Under the pieces are notes generated by a model. It was given only the letters and a program-made list of their open reading frames with translations, was not told where the DNA came from and ran no database searches. Shown piece by piece: positions 39,816 through 49,687 of a DNA stretch of 64,000 bases. How positions within the stretch are numbered: position 1 is the stretch's first letter; every line of letters begins with the position of its first letter. Origin of the DNA: an uncultured archaeon (GTDB lineage Archaea > EX4484-52 > JAADEF01); contig CAYOWP010000001.1 of the NCBI GenBank assembly GCA_964407715.1, positions 62,652 to 126,651 of the forward strand, read 5' to 3'. Both the position numbers and the translations under genes were made by a program.

Positions 39816-40178
39816 TCATTTTGAAATCACTTCAAATACAACAAAAGATTTTGTCTTGCTAATAGGTCTTGTCTCCCCTATTCTTACTACATCTCCTTTC
39901 TTCACTTTAATGCAATCAGGCAAATGCGCTGTTATCTTTGTTTTTGCTCTCATATATCTTTTATATTTTCTTACCTTCTTAATGTATTCCCATTGCACAA
40001 CAACTGACCTTTGCATCTTTGTTGACACAACCACCCCTTCAAATATCCTTCCTCTAATCTTTGCATGTCCATGCCAAGGACAATGAGGATCGTTGCATCT
40101 TGTGGTTGGAGGAGTAGCATCTATACCAATATCTCTATAATCCACTTTTCCTTTACCTTTTCTGTTTTTGTTTACCAT
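39816..40178 (-). CDS. rps17: 30S ribosomal protein uS17
   Basis: DPHCPWHG, RGR, GETRPISKTK. Confidence 0.96.
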   Translation of the reverse strand: MVNKNRKGKGKVDYRDIGIDATPPTTRCNDPHCPWHGHAKIRGRIFEGVVVSTKMQRSVVVQWEYIKKVRKYKRYMRAKTKITAHLPDCIKVKKGDVVRIGETRPISKTKSFVVFEVISK

Positions 40179-40187
40179 GATATCCCC

Positions 40188-40490
40188 TCAATATCTATAC
40201 CTCCATTTCTTGGGATATTTTTTTATAAGTCTTTTATGCGGTTGAACAATAATCATGTCACCATAAACCTTGAATTTCTTCCCCTCATAATCAAATAAAA
40301 ACCATGTTCCTTTTTTTGCAACCCTTATAACATGATGCTTGTTATTCTTCTTTACTTTTATTAAAAATGTATTCTTTGTTTCATCTATAACTATGCCCTC
40401 AACACCAATAAGCGTCTTATCACTTGCATCTACTATCTTCACATTTAAACCTATGAACTCTATCCTCAATAAATCCTTATCCCTTATCAT
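40188..40490 (-). CDS. rnp1: Ribonuclease P protein subunit Rpp29
   Basis: EFIGL, GIVIDETKNT; conserved operon position. Confidence 0.9.
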   Translation of the reverse strand: MIRDKDLLRIEFIGLNVKIVDASDKTLIGVEGIVIDETKNTFLIKVKKNNKHHVIRVAKKGTWFLFDYEGKKFKVYGDMIIVQPHKRLIKKYPKKWRYRY

Positions 40491-40491
40491 T

Positions 40492-40803
40492 TTATCCTAT
40501 TTCTATGCTATCTTCCTTAAATCCTTCTTCTATAAGTAATTTCTTAACCTTTAAAACATGATTGCCCTGCAATTCAATTCTTTTCTCCTTATAAGTACCT
40601 CCACATGCTAACTTGCGTTTTAATTTTTTAAGCAATGATTTTACATCAAAGTTTTTGTCATCAATGCCTTCTATTACTGTCACAACCTTTCCAAAACGCT
40701 TGTTCTCAGCATAAATCTTTATTCTTTGTGTTTCTTTTGCCAATCTATCGCAAATACAAAGCTCCTTGGGCAAACCACATACACTGCAAATCTCTTTATT
40801 CAT
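40492..40803 (-). CDS. sui1: Translation initiation factor aIF1 (SUI1)
   Basis: CGLPKELC, LACGGT, IELQG. Confidence 0.95.
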   Translation of the reverse strand: MNKEICSVCGLPKELCICDRLAKETQRIKIYAENKRFGKVVTVIEGIDDKNFDVKSLLKKLKRKLACGGTYKEKRIELQGNHVLKVKKLLIEEGFKEDSIEIG

Positions 40804-40833
40804 TTTAATCTCTCACCCCATACATAAAAGATT

Positions 40834-41043
40834 TCAAATATTATAATGATACTTGTTTTTTAAAATAAATTTGATTCTTGCAATCTTTCTCCTAACATTT
40901 TTAATAAATGAGGTATTCTCACCACTAACACCAGAGCTTATCTTTGCTCGCTCTGACATTAATTTCTTTTGTAAATCAAAGAGCATGTTTAAGAGCTCAT
41001 CCTTGTTTTTCTTCTCCAGCTCCTTCATTATCTTTGTGCTCAT
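40834..41043 (-). CDS. rpl29: 50S ribosomal protein uL29
   Basis: IKNVRRKIARI; position after uS3. Confidence 0.88.
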   Translation of the reverse strand: MSTKIMKELEKKNKDELLNMLFDLQKKLMSERAKISSGVSGENTSFIKNVRRKIARIKFILKNKYHYNI

Positions 41044-41764
41044 CTATTTCACCTTTTGCATTGTTTTCTTGATCCTCTTCTTCATTTGTTGCTGCTATAT
41101 CTTCATCCTCTTTTGTCTCTTCCTCATCACCATACTCCTCATACACAACTCCAGAAGGTTGAGCAGAACTCTCTCCCCTGATATTTTTCTCCAATAGCGA
41201 AACCTCAGGTAATGAGACCATGATAGATACTTTTATCCCAATCTTTCCTGGCTTAAGCACTACAAAATCTTGAGCGCTATCAACATTTTCCCTTGCGGGA
41301 TGACCACACTTCTTTATATATCCAGCCCTGAACATCTCGGATCTTGCTCTTTCACCACTTAATTTTCCGCTAATTCTTATCTCTGCTCCATATGCCCCAG
41401 CTTCCATTATTCTTCTTAAGAATCTCTGTGCAACAACTCTATATTTTCTACCCCTTTCTATTTCCTCAGCAATTCTTCTAGCAACAACAGCAGCATCTAA
41501 CCATGGGTTTTCTACAGGTCTAACATCAACATATGGCTTAAACAAACCAAAATCCTTCTCCAACATCTTTGTTAGATTCTCTATTATTCTTCCTCCCCTA
41601 CCAATAATGGCACGTGGATTTCCACAATACACAACAACCCTTGTATTTAATGGAGTTCTTTGAATATCAATAAAGCTTATCTGAGCTTTTTTATAGTTCT
41701 CTCTTAGGAATTCCTTTATTCTCACATTTACCATTGCATTCTTTATTATTGTCCTCTCTATCAT
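40997..41764 (-). CDS. rps3: 30S ribosomal protein uS3
   Basis: IIGRGG KH domain, GAEIRISGKL, GKIGIKV; acidic tail overlaps uL29. Confidence 0.95.
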   Translation of the reverse strand: MIERTIIKNAMVNVRIKEFLRENYKKAQISFIDIQRTPLNTRVVVYCGNPRAIIGRGGRIIENLTKMLEKDFGLFKPYVDVRPVENPWLDAAVVARRIAEEIERGRKYRVVAQRFLRRIMEAGAYGAEIRISGKLSGERARSEMFRAGYIKKCGHPARENVDSAQDFVVLKPGKIGIKVSIMVSLPEVSLLEKNIRGESSAQPSGVVYEEYGDEEETKEDEDIAATNEEEDQENNAKGEIDEHKDNEGAGEEKQG

Positions 41765-42207
41765 TATGACTTCACCTCACTAAGTATATAAATGTTTGTA
41801 CTTTTTGCTCTTTGTGGTCTAAACCTGATCCTTCTCGGCCTATAAAAGCGATATCCTTTAGATACAACAAAATACTTTATATATATCTTTTCAACATCCA
41901 TTCCTCTATTCTCTGCATCTTTGATTATGCTCTTTAACAATTTAAGTATTTCCTTTGAGGCATTAACTGGATATCTTCCACCGCCTTTAATTCCCTTTTT
42001 ATGTGCCGCACCCTCAGTGTATCTTCTAAACTCCACTGGTTGTTCAAGTTTGATAACCCTCTCAAGGAATCGGATAGCATCCAATACCCTCTTATTTTTT
42101 ATCATTCTCCCTATTTCCCTGCTATCCTTCATGCTTATCCTTCTATTGTGTGTTATTGTCAATATATGCTTCTTCTTATTATATATTCCTACAAAAGGAT
42201 GTGCCAT
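41764..42207 (-). CDS. rpl22: 50S ribosomal protein uL22
   Basis: ISMKDS, GRYPVNAS; operon position. Confidence 0.9.
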   Translation of the reverse strand: MAHPFVGIYNKKKHILTITHNRRISMKDSREIGRMIKNKRVLDAIRFLERVIKLEQPVEFRRYTEGAAHKKGIKGGGRYPVNASKEILKLLKSIIKDAENRGMDVEKIYIKYFVVSKGYRFYRPRRIRFRPQRAKSTNIYILSEVKS

Positions 42208-42228
42208 ATAAATGTCCCTCCATCAAAT

Positions 42229-42615
42229 TTACTTCTTCCCTATATGCTTTGTTGATCTCGAAGCACCAATTCCTGGACCAGAGTGCTTTGGATATTTACG
42301 TGTTAAAGAGAACTCCCCTAATCTATGACCAATCATCTCAGGTTGAATCTTCACAGGCACAAATTCCTTGCCATTATACACACCTATTGTTTTTCCAACA
42401 AAGGAAGGCAAAACAATCATGTCTCTAAGGTGCGTCTTTATAAAATCCTTTTCACTTGCCTTTTCAACCTTCTTAATAAATTTCAACTCGTTCTCAGTGA
42501 ATCCTCTTTTAATTTTTCTTCTTACTCTTGTCTTAAACAAATTGGCAAGCTCTTCCAAACTCATCTTTTTTAACTCATCTAATGTCTTTCCCCTATACAT
42601 GAATACCCTTGCCAT
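42229..42615 (-). CDS. rps19: 30S ribosomal protein uS19
   Basis: YRGK, KTHLRDM, EMIGHRLGEF, GIGASRS. Confidence 0.96.
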   Translation of the reverse strand: MARVFMYRGKTLDELKKMSLEELANLFKTRVRRKIKRGFTENELKFIKKVEKASEKDFIKTHLRDMIVLPSFVGKTIGVYNGKEFVPVKIQPEMIGHRLGEFSLTRKYPKHSGPGIGASRSTKHIGKK

Positions 42616-42652
42616 AAATATCACATATAACGCATTTTTTTATAATAATTAA

Positions 42653-43384
42653 TCATTGTTGTTTCTCAGTTTGAGTTCTTGTTTTTCTTATTCCAGTTCT
42701 TCTTGCACCAATACTTCCAACTTTCCTTCCAGGTGGTGCATTTTTGCTTACGGTCTTTGGAACTCCAAAACTGCTACCACCAAACTTGTGATCTATAGCG
42801 TTCATTGCTGTCTTTGATGTTATTGGATACAACTTATTTCTTGCCTTCATTGCATGATACTTATTACCTGCTTTAACAAATGGTTTTGTATCTCTTTCAC
42901 CACCCGCGACAATACCTAAAGTAACTCGTGAGTTTGGATTTATCTCCTTCAATTTTCTTGATGGCATCTTAACAACCGTCTTGGTGTGATCATGAGATAA
43001 CACCACCCCATAACTGCCTGGGGATCTTATTAGCTTGCCACCATCATAAGGATCTATTTCTATGTTGTATATGGGATATCCCTCAGGCACATTTTTAATG
43101 GGCATTATATTTCCAGGTTTAATCTCTTTGTGATTTCCCATCTTGATTTTCATTCCGACATATGCTCCTTCATGTGCAATGTTAAGCATTTCACGTCCAT
43201 CTTCAAGCTTTATAACACATAATGGGGCATCCCTTCCAGGATCATGGATAATATCCACTATCTCTCCCTCAATAACATCTTTATCTATAAATAAATATCT
43301 TGCTTTTCCTGCATATCTATGACTTGGCGCCTTGTATGTAGGACTGCCCTTTCCTCTTCTCTGCAAAATAATTCTTTTTCCCAT
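42653..43384 (-). CDS. rpl2: 50S ribosomal protein uL2
   Basis: MGKRI, HDPGR, AMNAIDH, PGRKVG. Confidence 0.97.
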   Translation of the reverse strand: MGKRIILQRRGKGSPTYKAPSHRYAGKARYLFIDKDVIEGEIVDIIHDPGRDAPLCVIKLEDGREMLNIAHEGAYVGMKIKMGNHKEIKPGNIMPIKNVPEGYPIYNIEIDPYDGGKLIRSPGSYGVVLSHDHTKTVVKMPSRKLKEINPNSRVTLGIVAGGERDTKPFVKAGNKYHAMKARNKLYPITSKTAMNAIDHKFGGSSFGVPKTVSKNAPPGRKVGSIGARRTGIRKTRTQTEKQQ

Positions 43385-43406
43385 AATTATGCACCTAACA
43401 TCATCT

Positions 43407-43775
43407 TCACATCATACCTAACTGGGTTGCAATATCTATAGCATTGTGCTCAGGTGATAACTTCACATATGCCTTCTTTCTTCCTTTTCTGTCTATAAGC
43501 GTGTTTACCTTTTCAACCTTCACATTAAATATCTTCTCAACCTCTCTTTTTATTTGCGGTTTTGTTGCTCTCCTATGCACTATAAAAACCAAGGTATTTT
43601 TAAGGTTGATATTATCTATTCCTTTTTCTGTCAATACCAAATGATTTATATATCTAAAATACTCCAAACCAACCTTTCTTTTTTTGGTTTCCTCCTTTAC
43701 TTTTGATTCTTGCTTTTCCACTACTTCTTCTGATGTTCTCTGCGTATCCTTTTTTTCATCTTTTTTCTTTTCCAT
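43407..43775 (-). CDS. rpl23: 50S ribosomal protein uL23
   Basis: TEK, FNVKVEKVNT, KKAYV; charged N-extension. Confidence 0.94.
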   Translation of the reverse strand: MEKKKDEKKDTQRTSEEVVEKQESKVKEETKKRKVGLEYFRYINHLVLTEKGIDNINLKNTLVFIVHRRATKPQIKREVEKIFNVKVEKVNTLIDRKGRKKAYVKLSPEHNAIDIATQLGMM

Positions 43776-43784
43776 ATGCCATCA

Positions 43785-44600
43785 CTAAACATACTCCTTG
43801 TATTTCTCATCCAATTTTTTCAAGGCATCTTCTGTAAAAATTGCCAACCTAGCGTATTGTCCTGATGGAGATAAATGCTTTATGTTTAGATGATCATAGT
43901 ACACAACATCTACGCCAGGAATATTTGATGCTGATTTGAATAACTTGGAATTGAGATTAGCGGTAACTATTAATGGGCCAACCTTTTTCTTATATCTTCT
44001 CCCTCTCATCTTACCCTTTCCTGCCCTTACGGTTCTCTTTTTTACCCTTTCCAATTCATAGCTCAATCCTATCTTCTCAAGCAATGATAACACATCTTTT
44101 GTTTTTGCAATGTTATCAATCTCTGATGTAAACACAATAGGAAGAATCATGTTCTTGCTGACTCTATGACCTCTCATCCTAACAAACTCTTCTTTTGCTG
44201 TGGTTGCAATAGCAGAAATAATTGCTTTTATTCTCTCCTTTATGTTTATCTTTTCTTCCCATATTCTCTCAGCTTTTGGTGGATGGGCTTTTCTACCTTT
44301 CACTGCCTGAGGTACAAATCTAGCAACCCCTGTCATGTGTCCTGATCCCCATCTTATTCTCTTTGTTCTATGCAATCCTCTGTTAATCCAAGAACCATAT
44401 GCTCTCCTTCTTCCTCCATAAGATGCAGATGTCCTTTTACCAGCCATAGGATCAGCGCCATATGGTTGTCTTATATGGCTCATAAACGCTAAAAATGCCC
44501 TTTTTATGAGATCATATCTATAAGGATAATTAAAGATATCAGGTAATGTGATTTCCTTTATCTTATTTCCACCAACATCATATACAGGCACTTTCTTCAT
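43785..44600 (-). CDS. rpl4: 50S ribosomal protein uL4
   Basis: QPYG, GRKAHPPK, RAGKGKMRGR. Confidence 0.96.
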   Translation of the reverse strand: MKKVPVYDVGGNKIKEITLPDIFNYPYRYDLIKRAFLAFMSHIRQPYGADPMAGKRTSASYGGRRRAYGSWINRGLHRTKRIRWGSGHMTGVARFVPQAVKGRKAHPPKAERIWEEKINIKERIKAIISAIATTAKEEFVRMRGHRVSKNMILPIVFTSEIDNIAKTKDVLSLLEKIGLSYELERVKKRTVRAGKGKMRGRRYKKKVGPLIVTANLNSKLFKSASNIPGVDVVYYDHLNIKHLSPSGQYARLAIFTEDALKKLDEKYKEYV

Positions 44601-44613
44601 GTTTCTTCACCTA

Positions 44614-45585
44614 TCATAGCAATAATTTTTCTATTTCTACTCTATCATAATCACCCTTTACATGTCTTACTGCTGGGCGCATCATTACAAGTCTTTTTAT
44701 GGCTCCTGGAACACTTCCTTTAAGTATAACATATTTTGATCTTATAACTCCATAATGCATCCATCCAGATGGCTTATTAACTCTTTCAGTATCGCTTCCT
44801 ATCTCTAAAATCATCTTATTGTATTCTGTTCTTGTATGAAATCCCATTTGACCATGTTGAGGAACTCGCCATGATGTCTTTGCTGGATGCCAAGGACCTA
44901 AGGTACCTACTCTCCTTGCAACCTTATCTGTTTTGCCTCTTTTTTGTATTTTAACACCAAATCTTTTCACAGAGCCTTGAAATCCTTTTCCCTTTGTTAC
45001 AGCAGAAACATCTATGAAATCTCCTGCTGTAAACACATTATCTATGCTATATTCCTTTCCAAGATTTTCTTTTATAAAAGAGAGTATATCATCAAAATTT
45101 CCATATAGAGGAACCTCAAATATCTCTGGTGTCTTCTTGTTTATTCCTGCTTTCCAAGGCTGGGTGCATACCAATGCCCTTATATGATAACTTTCATCCA
45201 ATTTTAAATCATCAATAGTTTTTGAATATTTCTTTGGCAGTTTTATCTTCCTGCTCAAATATCTCTCTACAGGCTTATAACTCCAAACCTCCCCAACACA
45301 TCTATAACCATATGCCAATGGTTCATATGCTCTTACCCCAAAGATAAATAAATCAGGAACCTCTAAGATAGTAGCAGGTACCACAACTTCTTTACCATAA
45401 TTTACACTACCTTTTTTGTTTTCTATCATCTTAACGCTTAACATCCCTACTTTGTATCCTGCAAACCCATTAAATACTTTCTCCTTATGAACAGGTTTAA
45501 CCTTTAGTTTAGGGTAAATCCTTCTTGCTCTTTTTCTCGGAGCAAATTGTAAGCTCCCTCTTCGTGGTTTTGATGTCTTGCTCAT
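44614..45585 (-). CDS. rpl3: 50S ribosomal protein uL3
   Basis: PRRGSL, GYKVGM, TKGKGFQG, GQMGFHTRT, KGSVPG. Confidence 0.97.
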   Translation of the reverse strand: MSKTSKPRRGSLQFAPRKRARRIYPKLKVKPVHKEKVFNGFAGYKVGMLSVKMIENKKGSVNYGKEVVVPATILEVPDLFIFGVRAYEPLAYGYRCVGEVWSYKPVERYLSRKIKLPKKYSKTIDDLKLDESYHIRALVCTQPWKAGINKKTPEIFEVPLYGNFDDILSFIKENLGKEYSIDNVFTAGDFIDVSAVTKGKGFQGSVKRFGVKIQKRGKTDKVARRVGTLGPWHPAKTSWRVPQHGQMGFHTRTEYNKMILEIGSDTERVNKPSGWMHYGVIRSKYVILKGSVPGAIKRLVMMRPAVRHVKGDYDRVEIEKLLL

Positions 45586-45675
45586 CTTACACACCTACAA
45601 ATATATTGATAGGTTTGTATATCTTATGTTTATACGAGTTAATTTTAAAAAAGTAATGGAAATATTTTGAAATCT

Positions 45676-45778
45676 ATCATTTGTTAAGCTAAAACATAAC
45701 CTCATAGCAGTAAACTATTTGAATAGGGTTTTGCTTCCCGTTAACAAAATTTCTCAAAATATATTATTGGGCAATGCC
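45676..45778. mobile_element. MITE with eroded left TIR and perfect 9-bp TSD
   Basis: TTGAAATCT at 45667-45675 and 45779-45787; right end TTATTGGGCAATGCC; internal GCTTCCCGTTAAC. Confidence 0.8.
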
Positions 45779-45853
45779 TTGAAATCTCACAATTTCCAAA
45801 AATTTAAATAATTTTTTAAATATATCATAATTTATCAAGAGGTGGAGAAAAGT

Positions 45854-46150
45854 ATGATTGTATTGATATTAGGAGCACTTGATATCATAGCAGCATTATG
45901 GTATTTTCTTGATATCTCTTTTTTATCCTTTACCTTAGGAATTATCATTTTGCTAAAAGGTATTAGTAGTTTTCTCTCTGCTATATACTCAAGATATTAT
46001 TTTGATTGGATGGGAATAACAGACATACTTTCAGGAATAATTCTTCTCTTTCATTCGTATTCCATTCATTTCTCTTTTGGAAATTATATAATTGGTTTGT
46101 TAGCTTTTAAAGGGGCATATTCTATATTTAGATGGCTTATACAGGTTTAA
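45854..46150 (+). CDS. Small four-TM membrane protein
   Basis: Hydrophobic, internally duplicated (GALDII/GITDIL...KG). Confidence 0.6.
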   Translation: MIVLILGALDIIAALWYFLDISFLSFTLGIIILLKGISSFLSAIYSRYYFDWMGITDILSGIILLFHSYSIHFSFGNYIIGLLAFKGAYSIFRWLIQV

Positions 46151-46151
46151 A

Positions 46152-46880
46152 TCAAAAATGATTGACATTTTCTTCTCTCTCACTTTTATAAATCAACTTT
46201 TTTATTGCTCTTCTTAAATTTTCCAAACCCTCTTTTTCTTTATCATAGTTCTTATGTATATAACATTGTATTCCATGTTGAAATGCCTCTATCGCAAAAT
46301 CAATACCCTCAATACCTGTATAGATGATTATTGGTGTTGTTATTCCTTTTTCTCTCAATTTTTTGGCGACAACTATCCCATCAACATTCTCATATATTCC
46401 CTTCCTAACATCATGAGTTTTCTCAGGACCAAATAAACCATCTGTAATTATTAAATCATACTTATCCTTTTCCCCTTCTTTTATTAAATCCTCCACATTA
46501 TCAACTTGTGTTATTTTATATTTAATATCTTCCAATTTCTTCACTCTTTCTCTATATAGTGCACTATCATCTCCATGTAAAATATTTATTTTTGGAATCA
46601 TCTTTTCTAATTTCACTTCTTCATTTTCAATCTCATAACCACAACTTTCATTTATTAACTTATACTTCTCTGTTTCAGGATCTATTTTATAAACCACATA
46701 CTTATACTGCTCTCCTTTCGGAGTAGGAAAATCAATGTGTGCTTTTATAAGTACATAAACCTCTTTGGTTATCGGATCTTTATATTCCTCTGTTACTTTT
46801 GGTTCTACATGTATGCCTTTCCTTGCATGTTTTTCACATAATTTTTTAATTATATTGTACAAATTGTTCTTTTCTTGCAT
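46152..46880 (-). CDS. Protein with C-terminal response-regulator receiver domain
   Basis: ILHGDD, DLIITD, DG, PIIIYTG, YIHK. Confidence 0.8.
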   Translation of the reverse strand: MQEKNNLYNIIKKLCEKHARKGIHVEPKVTEEYKDPITKEVYVLIKAHIDFPTPKGEQYKYVVYKIDPETEKYKLINESCGYEIENEEVKLEKMIPKINILHGDDSALYRERVKKLEDIKYKITQVDNVEDLIKEGEKDKYDLIITDGLFGPEKTHDVRKGIYENVDGIVVAKKLREKGITTPIIIYTGIEGIDFAIEAFQHGIQCYIHKNYDKEKEGLENLRRAIKKLIYKSEREENVNHF

Positions 46881-47005
46881 TTGATCCCCTCTTTAATTTT
46901 TATTTCTCTTTACTATTATATAGTAAAGACATAATTTTTAAATTTTTCTTTATAAACTCAAACAATTTTTCAAGAAAATCAAGGATTGTTGAAAATTTTT
47001 CTCAC

Positions 47006-47566
47006 TCATATAGAATCAGAACCACTATCAAAATCCTCTTCTTTGATATCTCTCTTAGCAAAAAATTCCCTTAACTCATTCTCATTCTTTAATCCAAAGT
47101 ATCTTAAAAATTTCTTTGTAATTCTAAGTACATTATAGTTCCCAACCTTCTCAACGCTCACAAACCCTCTATTAATAAGCTCCTTTATTTGTTCATATGC
47201 TCTGTGTCCTCTTATTCTTACAACTTCTTTTTGTTTTATGGGGGATCTATATGCTATCAATGCCAATGTTTGTAATGTTGCTCTAGAGAAATCTTTATAA
47301 GGTGCTAAGTGCTCCACATACTTAAGATATGCTTCTCTTATTGTTAAATCATAAGATTCATTAGGAAGTTTCCTTATTGAAAAAGGCAAATTATTCTCCT
47401 TAAATTTTTTATCTATGCTTAAAAGCAAACTCTCTATATGATCTTTTGTTAGTTTCTTTGATGAATTCTTATTATTGAGCACATTATATAGCTCATGAAC
47501 CTTAAGCGGATTCTGAGAAACAAATAATGCAGAAATTATTATGCTCTCAATTTCATCAAACATCAT
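47006..47566 (-). CDS. scpB: SMC-Scp complex subunit ScpB
   Basis: SALFVS, TLALIAYRSP, RIRG, TKKFLRYFGL. Confidence 0.92.
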   Translation of the reverse strand: MMFDEIESIIISALFVSQNPLKVHELYNVLNNKNSSKKLTKDHIESLLLSIDKKFKENNLPFSIRKLPNESYDLTIREAYLKYVEHLAPYKDFSRATLQTLALIAYRSPIKQKEVVRIRGHRAYEQIKELINRGFVSVEKVGNYNVLRITKKFLRYFGLKNENELREFFAKRDIKEEDFDSGSDSI

Positions 47567-48321
47567 CCATCCTCCTCCTTAAAAGGATATATTTTTATCT
47601 CATCAAATGGCCTTTCTTGAACACATCTTATTCTCTCCTCATTGTTCAGATGTAACACAGCTTCTAAAGTAATTATCTTATCATAGGCATCTCTTTTTTC
47701 AAGTAATTTGGAAAATATGGCAACATGATTTACATTAAACATCTTAATTATCTTCTCATATGTCTTCTCTATCATTTCACGTATATCAAATTTGTTCATC
47801 TCAAATATGAATTCCTCATCTCTAATGGCTTTTCTTCTTGATTTCAATGCCTTCTCCAAGGCATCAATGAGCTCGTGAAGAGTAACCTTGCGTTTAATAG
47901 GTTTTTTAATTGGCAAAAAGATTGGAGGGAGATTTATAATCCTAACATTCTCATTACCTTCATTCAACAATTGATTTAGCATTTCAGAATTTATTTCAAT
48001 ATGCTCCCCATCATCCTCGGATGCTTGGCTTTCATGATCTTCCTTAAAGAATTCTGACTTCATTCTATATATTAAGGCAGCAATAAGTATCATTTTAGCG
48101 GGTATTTTGAGATCTCTACACCTAAGCTCCTCTAAACATCTTAGAAATCTTTCATTAAGTAAAGTAAGGTCAATATCCCAAGGATCCATATCATGTGTAA
48201 GATGCTCAATAACATCTCTCCATTTTTCATTTAAAATCATCTGGAGAATCTTTTCATGAACATCATCACTATTTTCGCATAACTCTTCATATCTATGCTT
48301 GGATATGCCTATAGGTATCAT
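47563..48321 (-). CDS. scpA: Kleisin ScpA
   Basis: MDPWDIDL, AALIYRMKS, RKVTLHELI, QERPFDEI. Confidence 0.9.
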   Translation of the reverse strand: MIPIGISKHRYEELCENSDDVHEKILQMILNEKWRDVIEHLTHDMDPWDIDLTLLNERFLRCLEELRCRDLKIPAKMILIAALIYRMKSEFFKEDHESQASEDDGEHIEINSEMLNQLLNEGNENVRIINLPPIFLPIKKPIKRKVTLHELIDALEKALKSRRKAIRDEEFIFEMNKFDIREMIEKTYEKIIKMFNVNHVAIFSKLLEKRDAYDKIITLEAVLHLNNEERIRCVQERPFDEIKIYPFKEEDG

Positions 48322-48364
48322 TTTTATCTACCTTTTAAAAAATAAAAAGAATGGTAATACAAAG

Positions 48365-48616
48365 CTAATCTTCTTTGCTTATCCACCAGAGAACTCTCTT
48401 ACCAATCCCTAAACGTGCCTTTTCCTCTTTGCTTATCAATTTCCCTTCTGCTTTTAGTTTATGACAATGTATGTTTGCTGTGCTCCAACTTATCCCCAAT
48501 GCCTTTGCGATTTCATATGTCGTCATAGGCTTTCTATGCTTCTTCAATACATAGATAGTAAGCTCATCTATAGATTTTAAATCCTTTATTTCATCCATTT
48601 TTCTCTCAATTTTCAT
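48365..48616 (-). CDS. Small winged-helix DNA-binding protein
   Basis: MTTYEIAKALGISWSTANIHCHKLKAEG. Confidence 0.75.
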   Translation of the reverse strand: MKIERKMDEIKDLKSIDELTIYVLKKHRKPMTTYEIAKALGISWSTANIHCHKLKAEGKLISKEEKARLGIGKRVLWWISKED

Positions 48617-48750
48617 TTTATCTCCCTCCGTTTTATCTCCCTTCTAAATGTAATAAAAACAATCAGTATAAAATTATATAGTTATAGTGATATAAATACG
48701 TTACTCTATCTTCATACATTGATATGTCAATATTTAAATAGTTTAATATG

Positions 48751-49674
48751 TTAACATATTATAACATATAGCCACCTTGTTAATGATTTATGTACATAAA
48801 AAGAGGTTTTGTACTCAACATCAATTTTATATCTCTTCTCGAGATCACTAATATCTGTAAGTACTACAACTCTTTTTCCTTTTTTAACAACTCTACACAT
48901 CTCATTAAAGAATTTAGTATAAAGCTCCTCTCTATTCTCAAGTTTTGTTGCTCTTCCATAAGGTAAATCGCTTATTATCGCATCAAACATTTTTTCCTTA
49001 AATGGCATACATGTTGCATCTCCCAATACTAAGTTATTGACGCTATTTAAATAATACTTTAGATTCACATACGCCTTTTCACATACTTTCTTATATTTCT
49101 CCAAGCATATTCCTCTTATACCTATAAGTTCTCCCTCAATTATAGTGCCAGCAACACCACAAAAAGAGTCAAGCACCACATCATCATCCTTAACCATAGC
49201 TAAATTATATAGTGCCTTGGATAACCTTGGATGTAATGAAAAAGGCATAAATCCAGGTTTGTTCTTTGTATCTCTATCCAAGAATTCCTTTTCCCTTACT
49301 TCTTTTATTAGTTCATAAACAATATCTTTATAACACTTTGCAAAGGTTGTTGCTTTTATATCAAGAATAAAACCTCTCTTATCTAATATCTCTAAAACTC
49401 TCTTTATATTTTTGCACGGCAAAACTCTTATAGGATAATGAGGTAGATGATATACATCATCATCTTTCATAAGCACAATACCAACCTCCTTATTATATGC
49501 TATCCTCTTTTTAAGAAACTCAATCTCTTTCTCATTCAGAGCATCCGTTTCTATCAGAAGATATCTTCTATAATTTTCAATTTTGTAATTTTTTCTTAGC
49601 ATCAACATCAAACATTCGGCCTCTTTTATAGAGAAACTCTCATTCTCAAGATTCTTTTTTATAAAAAGAAGCAT
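48751..49674 (-). CDS. tRNA (guanine-10-N2) methyltransferase, Trm11-like
   Basis: SLHPRLS, LDSFCGVAG, GDAT, SDLPYGR, VHKSLTR. Confidence 0.8.
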   Translation of the reverse strand: MLLFIKKNLENESFSIKEAECLMLMLRKNYKIENYRRYLLIETDALNEKEIEFLKKRIAYNKEVGIVLMKDDDVYHLPHYPIRVLPCKNIKRVLEILDKRGFILDIKATTFAKCYKDIVYELIKEVREKEFLDRDTKNKPGFMPFSLHPRLSKALYNLAMVKDDDVVLDSFCGVAGTIIEGELIGIRGICLEKYKKVCEKAYVNLKYYLNSVNNLVLGDATCMPFKEKMFDAIISDLPYGRATKLENREELYTKFFNEMCRVVKKGKRVVVLTDISDLEKRYKIDVEYKTSFYVHKSLTRWLYVIIC

Positions 49675-49687
49675 CTTTATCCCTTTT

